From Fidelibacterota bacterium (GTDB taxonomy: Bacteria > Fidelibacterota > UBA2242): a stretch of 34,252 bases of DNA. Positions within the stretch are counted from its first letter, which is position 1; each line of letters begins with the position of its first letter. Both the position numbers and the translations under genes were made by a program. This document shows positions 1 through 8,958 of the stretch, piece by piece. The notes below the pieces were generated by a model. It had not been told where the DNA came from, did no database searches, and saw nothing but the letters and a program-made list of their open reading frames with translations. Where the stretch lies: positions 1 to 34,252 of the forward strand of contig JBNGDF010000027.1 of assembly GCA_049975265.1 (NCBI GenBank), written 5' to 3'.

Positions 1-1
1 T

Positions 2-283
2 CCAAATTCTCTTGAAAAATTTGTTTTAAATTCAAATTATCCAAATCCATTTAATTCAAATACCAAAATAGAATATTCTCTTCAAAATTCAGATAAAGTT
101 AAATTGCGAATTTATGATATTACAGGAAAACTAGTAAAAACTCTTGTGAACGAAAACCAAAATTCTGGAAAATATTCTGTGAATTTTGACGGCTCAAATT
201 TGCCGTCTGGAATTTATTTATATCGATTAAATGCAGAAAATTCAAAGGTGAGCAAAACAGGAAAAATGACTCTTTTGAAATAA
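2..283 (+). CDS. 3' end (partial) of a secreted protein with a T9SS type A C-terminal sorting domain (Por_Secre_tail-like)
   Basis: Not in the ORF track. Frame 2 reads PNSLEKFVLNSNYPNPFNSNTKIEYSLQNSDKVKLRIYDITGKLVKTLVNENQNSGKYSVNFDGSNLPSGIYLYRLNAENSKVSKTGKMTLLK*, with the YPNPF, IYDITG, LPSGIY and KMTLLK* hallmarks. Stop TAA at 281-283. Confidence 0.92.
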   Translation, partial: PNSLEKFVLNSNYPNPFNSNTKIEYSLQNSDKVKLRIYDITGKLVKTLVNENQNSGKYSVNFDGSNLPSGIYLYRLNAENSKVSKTGKMTLLK

Positions 284-313
284 GTCTATTATAATATCAA
301 TTAATCTATATCT

Positions 314-357
314 GCCGGTTACAGATTCTCATTCTGTGACCGGTACTTGTTTCTTTT
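314..357 (+). terminator. Rho-independent terminator of the T9SS-cargo gene
   Basis: 12-bp stem gccggttacaga (314-325) / tctgtgaccggt (333-344) with two G-U pairs and a 7-nt loop, followed by acttgtttctttt; 30 nt after the stop codon. Confidence 0.7.
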
Positions 358-416
358 CGTGACGTCATTCCCGTCTACTCGCTCCTGCTGCGTCACGTAG
401 GTCAGGTTACACCGTT
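358..416. repeat. REP-like palindromic element, copy 1 (degenerate doublet)
   Basis: cgtgacgtcattcc...gcgtcacgtaggtcaggttacaccg aligns with cgtgacgtcgttcctacggcgtcacgcagattatgttacatcg at 17311. Terminal arms cgtgacg/cgtcacg. Lies between convergent genes. Confidence 0.65.
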
Positions 417-2426
417 CTACTTACCGGATTTTTTATTGTTGAAATCGGGATCCCACTTTTCCATACAGTCGGGACACATTCCGTGACTGAATTTGATCTT
501 GGGCAGCCGCTTTGAAATATATTCCGCCGGTGAAACCCAGGGCTTGCCGGGCAGTTCATCGTCCCGGATTTTATTGCAGCCGGCGCAGATTGGAATAAAC
601 CCTTTCAGTCCCTTTGCCTGCTCCGTGGAATTCTCCAGAGCCTGCAAAATCTCCTTCTGGCGGGTGATATCACGAATAATGGCAAAAACGGCTTTCTGAC
701 CCTGATAATCAAGAACCGATACATTGGCTTCTGCGTAGAGACCGGTTCCGTTCTTTCTTCGAAATTCCATCTCAAAACGACCGGGAACCGACTCGCCGTC
801 ATGCCATTTCTGATAAATCTCATCCAGTTCCCGGGATGAGTCCGGCGTAAAGAGTTCGCTTGCTCTGGTCGCGGAGATTTCGGATTCGGTGTAACCGAGC
901 ATGGCTGCGAAAGCATGATTGAAATAGACCAGTTTTTCATGTTGGTAAATGACTACCGCATCCCGGGAGCCCTCAACCATCATTCGGTATTTCGCCTCGC
1001 TCTCCCGGAGTTTTTTCTCCACGGCTTTTCTTTCGATAATTTCGTGAGTCAGATCTTCAATCAACTTTTCCTTCTCACTGTTTATCTGCATTATATCGGT
1101 GTTCTGCTTTCGGAGCAGGACAATCATCTTCTTGAAAGATGTTCGGCTGTAATATATCAGACCCAGGATAATCAGAATGAAGGCACCACCGATGACGAGA
1201 GCATTCCGGACCTGCCTCTGCTGCTTGATTTTTAACCGGTAGATTTCATTGTTTTTGCGGAGAAGGGCATTCTCACGACTCTGCTGTTCGTCATGATACC
1301 TGATTTGCAATTCGGTAAACTTGCTGATTTTCTCCTTGTTAAAAATGCTGTCTTTGACCGCGGAGGCGGTTTTGAAATAGTCCAGCGCCTGGAGAATATT
1401 TCCCTCTTTTTCGGCAATTTCCGCCAGCATAAAGTGGGTATCGCGAATCAGGTCGTTGTATCCGTTCTGTTCTGCCTTGGCGAGACTCCTCAGGACGTAC
1501 TGCCTCGCGCTGTCTATCTTTCCTGTTTCCAGATAGGTTTCTCCCAATTTGAATTCCGCAATGGCGCTGCGAAAACGGTTATCTTTCTGAGCAGCCAATT
1601 GTAATGACTGCCGGTAGTGCCGTAGGGCTGCCGGAAATTGCTCCATTCTGAAGTAGAGGTCGCCCATCTCTTTGGTCACCAGAGACAACGCCCCAATCTG
1701 ATCACTGACCTGATACCGGTCGTATGACAGTTGATAGTACTTCGATGCGCTTTCAAAATCCCCTGCGGCTTCGTAACAGGCACCGAGGTTGATATAGGAG
1801 TAGGCTTGTTCAAAATCACTCTGGCTTTGAATGGCATACTCAAGCGCCTGCCGATGGTATTCAAGTGCTTTATCATAGAGTCCCCATTCCTGATAAATCA
1901 ATCCGATATTATTGATGGTTAAGGATATTCCTCTGATATTATCATCATTTTTCCGAAGGTTGAATGCTCTCTGATACATATCCAGCGCTTCGTTGTAATT
2001 GCTTATTCCCCAATAGACCGCACCGATATTGTTGCAGACTCTGGCAATTCTACGATCATCCTTCAAATCTTCGAAAATAACAAGCGCCTTTTTATAATAG
2101 TCGACAGCCTCATAAAATTTCCCTAGGCGCCAGAAATTATACCCGATATCATTGAGCAGAATACCCCGCTGCAACGTTACGGCTGTGGCTGGCATCAGTT
2201 CAAGCGCCTGAAGCGAATAATCAATGGCTTTATCCAAATCATAATCATCCACATTTGTTCCCAATTTGATCAGGATGGCGACTCTGGCTGAATCGGTTTC
2301 TGCGCTGGCGAGTGCGTGCCGGAGGCTGTCAATGTCGGCGTTCTGAGCCATTGCTCTATGATATGAGCCCGACAATAGTAATAAAACCGCGAAGAGGAAT
2401 ACTTTCCGATATGCGTTCAGATGTAT
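417..2426 (-). CDS. Membrane sensor: signal peptide, extracytoplasmic TPR repeats, TM helix, PAS domain, C-terminal CxxC...HGxCxxC domain (no kinase domain)
   Basis: TPR repeats (NNIGAVY..NYNEALDMY, NNIGLIY..YDKALEYH); TM ALVIGGAFILIILGLIYY; PAS from ESEAKYRMMVE to IIRDIT; tail IPICAGCNKIRDD...FSHGMCPDC. The ORF track starts at TTG 2375, but the frame is open upstream through a signal peptide to ATA 2424-2426 with SD AAAGGA, so the start is uncertain. Confidence 0.85.
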   Translation of the reverse strand: MHLNAYRKVFLFAVLLLLSGSYHRAMAQNADIDSLRHALASAETDSARVAILIKLGTNVDDYDLDKAIDYSLQALELMPATAVTLQRGILLNDIGYNFWRLGKFYEAVDYYKKALVIFEDLKDDRRIARVCNNIGAVYWGISNYNEALDMYQRAFNLRKNDDNIRGISLTINNIGLIYQEWGLYDKALEYHRQALEYAIQSQSDFEQAYSYINLGACYEAAGDFESASKYYQLSYDRYQVSDQIGALSLVTKEMGDLYFRMEQFPAALRHYRQSLQLAAQKDNRFRSAIAEFKLGETYLETGKIDSARQYVLRSLAKAEQNGYNDLIRDTHFMLAEIAEKEGNILQALDYFKTASAVKDSIFNKEKISKFTELQIRYHDEQQSRENALLRKNNEIYRLKIKQQRQVRNALVIGGAFILIILGLIYYSRTSFKKMIVLLRKQNTDIMQINSEKEKLIEDLTHEIIERKAVEKKLRESEAKYRMMVEGSRDAVVIYQHEKLVYFNHAFAAMLGYTESEISATRASELFTPDSSRELDEIYQKWHDGESVPGRFEMEFRRKNGTGLYAEANVSVLDYQGQKAVFAIIRDITRQKEILQALENSTEQAKGLKGFIPICAGCNKIRDDELPGKPWVSPAEYISKRLPKIKFSHGMCPDCMEKWDPDFNNKKSGK

Positions 2427-2524
2427 TTTATATCCTTTTTGGCTTAATTTATATTTTCTCCCTGTAACCGAGAGGATTCCCTATTATTTCTTTGTCAAAG
2501 GCGATAAGTCCAATTGAAAAATAT

Positions 2525-4030
2525 CTATAAATCGCTGATAATGTCGAGTCCCTGAGGTTGCGGCATCACCCAGCGTACCGGCTGAATCGTTCCGTCCTTT
2601 TTCAGTGTACGCTCAATCTTTTTGCATTTAATAATGGAGTGCTCAATAAACAGGTCATCTTCGATTATTGAACCAAAGATATAGGTTGTACCTTTGATAG
2701 TGACATTGTTCCCGATGGAGGTCGGATATTCATCGCTGCCGGTCATGTTGACCCCTGATTCGATGCGGCTGTTATCACCGATCCGTAAATTGCCCTTAAT
2801 GATATCGCCGCGCATGATGATACAGTTGCTACCGATAGACAATTTCTGATGGGGATAGGTTTTAATCGAAACATTATCCTGAATAATGGTATTTTCCCCG
2901 ATTTCCACATTCCCGCGGATATTGGTATTCGTCCAGATACTGACCCCGCGGTTGAGAAGGACCCCTTTCGACAAATGCACGCCTTTCTGGAGGTAGATAT
3001 CCAGCGACGGATACTGTTTATCCAGCGCCAGAATCCGCTCCACCACTTCATCGGCGATAAAAAAATCGTCTTCGTCTTCGATAACAATAATATCGCGCAG
3101 CTGTTCATAGACCTTTTTGCGGTATATCGCATCCATCTCCTTGAGGACGCTTTTGACATTGAATCCAATTACGGCGCTGTCGTCATCGACAGGATCCGCC
3201 CCGACACTGATGCCCTTTTTATTAAAAATGGAGATGATATCCGTTAAATACAACTCCCCCTGGACGTTATCGGCGCTGATATCGTTAATATGCCTTTTCA
3301 GATACATGTACTTGACAGCGTAGATACCGGTATTGTATTCGTCAATTTTCAGCAGCTGCTCTTTGGAAAATGCATAATCTCTGCCGTTATAGTTCACGAT
3401 GTAACTATAGCCATCGGGAATCGCAAGGATGTCCTTATGTTCCTTGATTTCAATGACTTTTCCCACGTCTTCGCCGGCACTGTGACCGTCTTTATCCCTG
3501 GCGGGCACCCGGATAATACGACCATAGGTATTGGCGCTGGGAGCGCCGTGATACCGACCGGTGAGAATTTTCATACCGCAGTTGGATACCTCAAAAGCCT
3601 TTTTAAAAGTTTCCAGAACTTCGGCAGTGATCAGTCCCATATCACCGGGTAAAATATACAGATGTTCAATGTGTTGAAATCCGGCGAGAGCATTCAGTGC
3701 CTCTCTGGCGGCATCACCGGTTCCTTTCTGTTCCCTTTGTAATACGAACATCCGGTGCGGTGCCTGTCCGGCGGTTTCAGCCACCTCTTCAGCCTTGATG
3801 CCGACGATAATGACCTGGTTTTCCGATCCCAGCCCTCTGCGGGCGGATTCGGCAACCCGGACTACTGTGGGCACACCCCATATTTCATGCAGCATCTTGG
3901 AGCGCTCGGATTTAATCCGTTTTCCATGACCCGCTGCGAGAATAATGGCAACCGGCGTCCCGGTGTCCTCGATCGGATCGCTGAGTTCATCCAATTTTTC
4001 AAGAATATCACCATTGATATTGTTGGACAT
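2525..4030 (-). CDS. glmU: GlmU-like sugar-phosphate nucleotidyltransferase with a left-handed beta-helix C-terminus
   Basis: ILAAGHGKRIKS..SKMLH, QREQKGTGDA, YGRIIR, EYNTGIY, NVQGELYLTD, then hexapeptide repeats. Start moved to ATG 4030 (GAGGT SD; avoids overlap with cdsA). Confidence 0.75.
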   Translation of the reverse strand: MSNNINGDILEKLDELSDPIEDTGTPVAIILAAGHGKRIKSERSKMLHEIWGVPTVVRVAESARRGLGSENQVIIVGIKAEEVAETAGQAPHRMFVLQREQKGTGDAAREALNALAGFQHIEHLYILPGDMGLITAEVLETFKKAFEVSNCGMKILTGRYHGAPSANTYGRIIRVPARDKDGHSAGEDVGKVIEIKEHKDILAIPDGYSYIVNYNGRDYAFSKEQLLKIDEYNTGIYAVKYMYLKRHINDISADNVQGELYLTDIISIFNKKGISVGADPVDDDSAVIGFNVKSVLKEMDAIYRKKVYEQLRDIIVIEDEDDFFIADEVVERILALDKQYPSLDIYLQKGVHLSKGVLLNRGVSIWTNTNIRGNVEIGENTIIQDNVSIKTYPHQKLSIGSNCIIMRGDIIKGNLRIGDNSRIESGVNMTGSDEYPTSIGNNVTIKGTTYIFGSIIEDDLFIEHSIIKCKKIERTLKKDGTIQPVRWVMPQPQGLDIISDL

Positions 4031-4049
4031 CACAGACCTCATTCCATTG

Positions 4050-4889
4050 TTACACACAAAATAAAATATAAAGATATACGAAAGCGGGCGCAATCAGAAA
4101 AGAGTCAAAGCGATCCAGCACACCGCCATGCCCCATCAGCAGCGAGCCGGAATCTTTTACACCGACATCCCGTTTAATGACCGATTCAATAAAATCACCG
4201 GACTGTCCGAATATTCCGGCGATACCGGCAATCGCCAACAGATCGGGCAACTGCAGATAAGCCGGTTTCCAATCCAGATAGTATATCATTATGACGGTCA
4301 AAACAGCCCCGATTATACCGGCGCTACATCCCGCCCAGGTTTTACCGGGGCTGATATTCGGCGCAATTTTGCGTTTACCCAGCCACTTGCCGAAAACATA
4401 GGCAAGAGAATCGCAAATCCAGATGGTGGCAAAAACGATCATGACCAACTGACTACCCTCCCGGTATTCGCCGCCGAACCGATGCGGGCTCTCCCGCAGA
4501 ATGATCAGAATCGATAACATCAGCGGAATGTAGAAAAAACCGAACATCGTGACGGCGCCGTTTGCGGTGGCATTATCGATGGTCTTGAACAGCATAATGC
4601 CCAGAAACATCAGGATAATGAGCATGATCAAGGGAAACAGCAAACCGGGTGACAGATAAGAAACCACAATCCAGGTCAGACCCGCCGCCAGACCGCCCGG
4701 CAACCAGGGCTGGTATCCCTTTTGTTTCATCAGATCATAAAACTCAATCAGCGCCAGCAGAGCCACCAGACCGATAAACGTCACAAAGGGAATGCCGCCG
4801 TTCCGAATTAACAGAAGGATTGCCGGAATACCTAAAATATTCACCAGCATCCGGGAAGCAAAATTATTCAGTCCCTTTTTCTCACTCAT
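4050..4889 (-). CDS. cdsA: Phosphatidate cytidylyltransferase
   Basis: Polytopic membrane protein with WICDSLAYVFG, SPGKTWAG and GDFIESVIKRDVGVKDSGSLLMGHGGVLDRFDS. Start ATG 4889 overlaps the rlpA stop by 8 bp. Confidence 0.95.
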   Translation of the reverse strand: MSEKKGLNNFASRMLVNILGIPAILLLIRNGGIPFVTFIGLVALLALIEFYDLMKQKGYQPWLPGGLAAGLTWIVVSYLSPGLLFPLIMLIILMFLGIMLFKTIDNATANGAVTMFGFFYIPLMLSILIILRESPHRFGGEYREGSQLVMIVFATIWICDSLAYVFGKWLGKRKIAPNISPGKTWAGCSAGIIGAVLTVIMIYYLDWKPAYLQLPDLLAIAGIAGIFGQSGDFIESVIKRDVGVKDSGSLLMGHGGVLDRFDSFLIAPAFVYLYILFCV

Positions 4890-5367
4890 GGTGCCTGGTT
4901 TCTCCATTTCCCCATTTAATGACGGTTACTCTGACCTGTCCGACGCCGTGTTGCACCAGACCAATCTTTTTCGCAGCACCATAACTTAGATCAATGTCGC
5001 GACCGGAAACGTATGGACCACGATCATTGATCCGGACGTTGACCGACCTGCCCGTTTTCGGATAGGTGACTTTCAAAACGGTTCCGAAAGGCAGACTTTT
5101 ATGGGCGGCAGTGTAGGCATTTTTATCAAAAATCTCGCCGTTCGCCGCCTTTTTTCCGTCAAAACCATCGTTATGACCATAAAAAGAAGCCGTCATCACC
5201 GCGGTATGCTGAACGCCCTGAATCAGCATTGCCGGCGGTTTCTGCGCCGATGCTTTATTGCTAGTCCGCTGCTTCGCCGGTGGTGGCGGCGTGCCATAAT
5301 GATAGCGGGGTGCCGACGTACATGCCATTAATCCAATGCCCAGCAGCCCGATAATAAATCCCTTCAT
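4882..5367 (-). CDS. rlpA: RlpA-family lytic transglycosylase lipoprotein (DPBB domain, no SPOR domain)
   Basis: Lipobox LMAC, ASFYG, ANGEIFD, TAAHKSLPFGT, VRINDRGPY, IDLSYGAA. ATG 5367 forms an ATGA overlap with the pyrD stop. Confidence 0.93.
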   Translation of the reverse strand: MKGFIIGLLGIGLMACTSAPRYHYGTPPPPAKQRTSNKASAQKPPAMLIQGVQHTAVMTASFYGHNDGFDGKKAANGEIFDKNAYTAAHKSLPFGTVLKVTYPKTGRSVNVRINDRGPYVSGRDIDLSYGAAKKIGLVQHGVGQVRVTVIKWGNGETRHHE

Positions 5368-6278
5368 TTTTCGAGACACCCTATGATTTCACGTACCGAA
5401 TGCAAACGATTTTTTTCCATATATCCATTTATAAAATCGATGATTTCGTATACAGCGCAGGGATTCATGAAATTAACAGTGCCGAGTTGCACGGCTGTTG
5501 CGCCGGCAAGCAGAAATTCGACTACATCTGCACCGTTACAAATCCCACCGATGCCGATGATGGGGATTTTCGCCACCTCATAGACTTTGATAACATTGGC
5601 AATGGCAATGGGTTTAATGGCGGGACCCGAAAGACCGCCGATGATGGTATTGATCTTCGGTTTACGGGTTTGAATATCAATTGCCGCCCCGTAGACGGTG
5701 TTGATCAGGGAAACGGCATCGGCACCGCTGTCCTCCGCGATCTGCGCCATCTTCGCAATATCCGTTACATTGGGGGATAATTTGATAATCAGGAATCGAT
5801 TGGTCGCCCGGCGCAATGCTTCACAGAGCTGTTTCAAGACCGCCGGATCGGTACCGAAAGCAATGCCACCCTGCTTGACATTGGGACAGGAGACATTGAT
5901 CTCGTAGCCGGCTATCCAATCCTCTTCATCCAGTCTCTGAATTATGGTGATAAATTCTGTTTCGGTGCGGGCGGCGATATTGACAATGACTTTTGGATTT
6001 AGTGCCGATAAAAAGGGCGTTTTCTCCGCTAAAAATGCCGGTAATCCGATATTTGCCAGACCGATGGAGTTGAGCATCCCGGAAACCGTCTCGGCGATGC
6101 GTGGCTCAGGATTTCCCGGACGCGGTTCGAGGCTGAGCGACTTGGTCACTATCGCCCCGAATTGATTGATATCCACCAGATCGCTGACCTCATCGCCGTA
6201 CCCGAAGGTTCCCGAAGCCGTCATTATCGGATTGGTTAGAGTCAGTTTGCCACCAAGTTTAACCGTCAGATCAGCCAT
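5364..6278 (-). CDS. pyrD: Dihydroorotate dehydrogenase, family 1B catalytic subunit
   Basis: NPIMTASGTFGYG, NSIGLAN, EINVSCPNV, KLSPNV, INT, GGLSGPAIKP; adjacent to pyrK. Start set at ATG 6278. Confidence 0.97.
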   Translation of the reverse strand: MADLTVKLGGKLTLTNPIMTASGTFGYGDEVSDLVDINQFGAIVTKSLSLEPRPGNPEPRIAETVSGMLNSIGLANIGLPAFLAEKTPFLSALNPKVIVNIAARTETEFITIIQRLDEEDWIAGYEINVSCPNVKQGGIAFGTDPAVLKQLCEALRRATNRFLIIKLSPNVTDIAKMAQIAEDSGADAVSLINTVYGAAIDIQTRKPKINTIIGGLSGPAIKPIAIANVIKVYEVAKIPIIGIGGICNGADVVEFLLAGATAVQLGTVNFMNPCAVYEIIDFINGYMEKNRLHSVREIIGCLEK

Positions 6279-7050
6279 CGAAATCAATATCCTTCAGGTT
6301 AAACACCGGACCGTCCTGACAAACCAATGAATAGCCGCCATGATGACCACTGCCTTTATATTTTACAATACAACCCTGGCACAGTCCCAGTCCGCAAGCC
6401 ATGGTTTTTTCCAGCGAAACATACATCGTAAGTTCCGGAGGATATGCTGTTTTTTTAAGCGCTTTCATCATCGCATCGGGGCCACAGACACAGGCGGTCA
6501 GTGGTTGCTCTGTAGCTGTCACATATTCTTTGAATACGTCGGTAATCAAGGCTTTTTGACCAGTGGAGCCGTCATCGGTGGCAAGGATCAGTTCTGCCCT
6601 GTCATCACTCCGTAGCGGCAATTGCGCTTTTGTACGGGCGCCGATAAAAAATTTCGGTTTGATTCCGCGTTCAAACAGCCGATCCCGTAAAAACAGCAGT
6701 GGTGCTGCACCGACCCCGCCGGCAAGCAGGAGGATTTCATGTCCGGGATCGGGAATCTCAAAAAAATTTCCCAGCGGTCCCAACATACGCACACGATCCC
6801 CCCTTTTCCAGTGCCGCATCATTTCCGTCTGCGTACCGATAATTTTGTAAAGTATCTGAATATTAGCGCCATCCACACCGGCAACACTGAACGGGCGGGG
6901 AAAGATTTTTACAGAATTGGGAAAATAGAGATTAACAAATTGTCCGGGTTGCGCAGAACCGGCGATGGCGGCTAATTCGATTGTTGTCAGCCAGATATCT
7001 TCGGCAATCCGCCGGTTGGCGAGTACCCGCCCCTCCGTCTGGCATCTCAT
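6271..7050 (-). CDS. pyrK: Dihydroorotate dehydrogenase electron transfer subunit
   Basis: PGQF, RPFS, GPLGN, AGGVGAAP, TDDGS, CGP, and the [2Fe-2S] motif MACGLGLCQGC...VCQDGPVF. Confidence 0.96.
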   Translation of the reverse strand: MRCQTEGRVLANRRIAEDIWLTTIELAAIAGSAQPGQFVNLYFPNSVKIFPRPFSVAGVDGANIQILYKIIGTQTEMMRHWKRGDRVRMLGPLGNFFEIPDPGHEILLLAGGVGAAPLLFLRDRLFERGIKPKFFIGARTKAQLPLRSDDRAELILATDDGSTGQKALITDVFKEYVTATEQPLTACVCGPDAMMKALKKTAYPPELTMYVSLEKTMACGLGLCQGCIVKYKGSGHHGGYSLVCQDGPVFNLKDIDFDG

Positions 7051-8936
7051 TTGGAATCTCCGCTGACCGGTTGGTGACCAGCCGCTCCGTTTCCATCGGA
7101 TGGTACCGGCTTGGTATCCTCAGCTTGGGTCGTATCACCGGAGGCCGCATTCATCCATTCGACAATTTGGTTAAGTTTGGTGAGTTCATCGCCGGCGTAT
7201 TTGCTGTATTCACTCTCAGGATATTCGGTATTGAATTTCTGATACCACTCGATCGTCCGGTCCAGATCGTATAGACGATGATGATAGAGCCAGGCGATCG
7301 CCAGCATGCTTTTCTCAGCATAAACACTCTGCGGATACTGCTCAATCACCTTCCGATATTTGTCAATTGCCACCACCGGTCTGAAGTCAAAATCCTTCTC
7401 AGCGTCGAGAAACAACCGGCGTGCCTGGAGATTATCATCCTCCAACTGAACCTCTTTCCCTTCGATATGCTGAACATAGGGCGATTCCGGAAATTCGGAT
7501 TTCAGAGTGTCCAGATACGCCGCCGCAGCTTTGTCCCCGTTGTCATTCAGGATGAAATAGATCGCATAGAGAGCTTTATCACGAATGGGATTATAATAGT
7601 CCCGGGTATAAATCCGCTTGAAATATGCCAGCGCACTGTCAACATTATTAAACTCGAAATAATTCAACTCCGCCATCTCATACATAACCTGATAATAATT
7701 TTCAAAGACACTGGCGGTGTCGGCGATTTTCATTTTTTCTTCTTCCAGGAGTTCCATGGCTTTTTTCAGCTTCTCCGGCATCTCTTCACCACTAATATCG
7801 ACCGCGCTGGTATCGATCCTGCCTTCAATTTTATCGATGAACGGCTTAACATTTTTAAGGGATTCTGAATATTTCGTCTGCAATGTAAAATAGCGTTTGA
7901 TATCGGCGACCTTACTTTGGGCATCGAGAGCAAATCTGGAGTTGCGGTCGGCTTTTATCACATTTTCAAAATTTCTCTGAGCCTTTTCGTAATCCCTGAT
8001 CTGGTCGAGATAGAGTTGCCCCAGCAGATAACAGGCTTCTGCAGCGACCGGCGTATTGGGATACTTTTCCGCCACCTGGCTGAAGCGCGATTCGGCGGAT
8101 TTATAATCCTTTTCCGCCAGATACAGCAGCCCCAGCTGCAGTTCCAGTTCGCCCCAGATGTTTTCATTGGCGATGTCATTCAATTTGGCGTTGATCAGTT
8201 CCCGCGCCTCCTCAAAGCGTCCCGATTCACGATAAATCCGAGCCAGCAGTACCTGCATCTTATCCCGCAATTCGTCGCTGGGTGAATAGTCGCTGATCCG
8301 CTTCAAATTTTCGATCGCCTCATCGATTTTATTAAGTCCCAGATTAATTTCCGCAATATGGTATTGGGCTTCCGCCGCCAGCGGATTATCCCGATCGACA
8401 TCGGTAGTATTCCGGTAATAATACAGGGCAGAGTCCGGTTCCCCGGAAGCCTTGTAGAGGTCCGCCATAGCGTAGTAAATTTCAGATTTCAGCAGTGGTT
8501 TCTTCTCCTTTTCGCTGGATTTGCGCAGCTGATAGAGGGCATTCTCCTTCTCCCCCATTTTCCAGAGACAGCGACCGTACCAGATTTCGGCGCGTGACCG
8601 CAGTTCACTGGCAGGATAGGTGGCGAAGAAATATTCGAAACTCTTTTTGGCGGCAATATAGTCCGTTTTATGATATTGCGACATAGCAATCAGATAGGCT
8701 GCATCATCATTCCAGCGACTGTCCGGATAATTCAGTAAGACTTTATTGGATTTCTCGATGGCAGTATCAAAATACTTGCGGATATTGGCGGTGATGGCGC
8801 CCTCGGTAGTCTTCTGTAACTCCGTGAGCCCCTGTTGATAGTATTGCTGGGCATTATAAAATGTATTGTAATAGGCGCAATCGCCCAACCAGGCAATCCC
8901 TATGATCAGGATAAGTGTTTTATGGTTTTTCAGCAT
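7047..8936 (-). CDS. Large TPR-repeat (lipo)protein, BamD/YfiO-like repeats, possibly SprE/PorW-like
   Basis: Short signal peptide ending LGD-C, then AYYNTFYNA and many TPRs with YPxS motifs. Start set at ATG 8936 because the longer ORF overlaps cobB out of frame. ATGA overlap with pyrK. Confidence 0.8.
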   Translation of the reverse strand: MLKNHKTLILIIGIAWLGDCAYYNTFYNAQQYYQQGLTELQKTTEGAITANIRKYFDTAIEKSNKVLLNYPDSRWNDDAAYLIAMSQYHKTDYIAAKKSFEYFFATYPASELRSRAEIWYGRCLWKMGEKENALYQLRKSSEKEKKPLLKSEIYYAMADLYKASGEPDSALYYYRNTTDVDRDNPLAAEAQYHIAEINLGLNKIDEAIENLKRISDYSPSDELRDKMQVLLARIYRESGRFEEARELINAKLNDIANENIWGELELQLGLLYLAEKDYKSAESRFSQVAEKYPNTPVAAEACYLLGQLYLDQIRDYEKAQRNFENVIKADRNSRFALDAQSKVADIKRYFTLQTKYSESLKNVKPFIDKIEGRIDTSAVDISGEEMPEKLKKAMELLEEEKMKIADTASVFENYYQVMYEMAELNYFEFNNVDSALAYFKRIYTRDYYNPIRDKALYAIYFILNDNGDKAAAAYLDTLKSEFPESPYVQHIEGKEVQLEDDNLQARRLFLDAEKDFDFRPVVAIDKYRKVIEQYPQSVYAEKSMLAIAWLYHHRLYDLDRTIEWYQKFNTEYPESEYSKYAGDELTKLNQIVEWMNAASGDTTQAEDTKPVPSDGNGAAGHQPVSGDSK

Positions 8937-8958
8937 TGACACGATGCTTTCGAATCGG

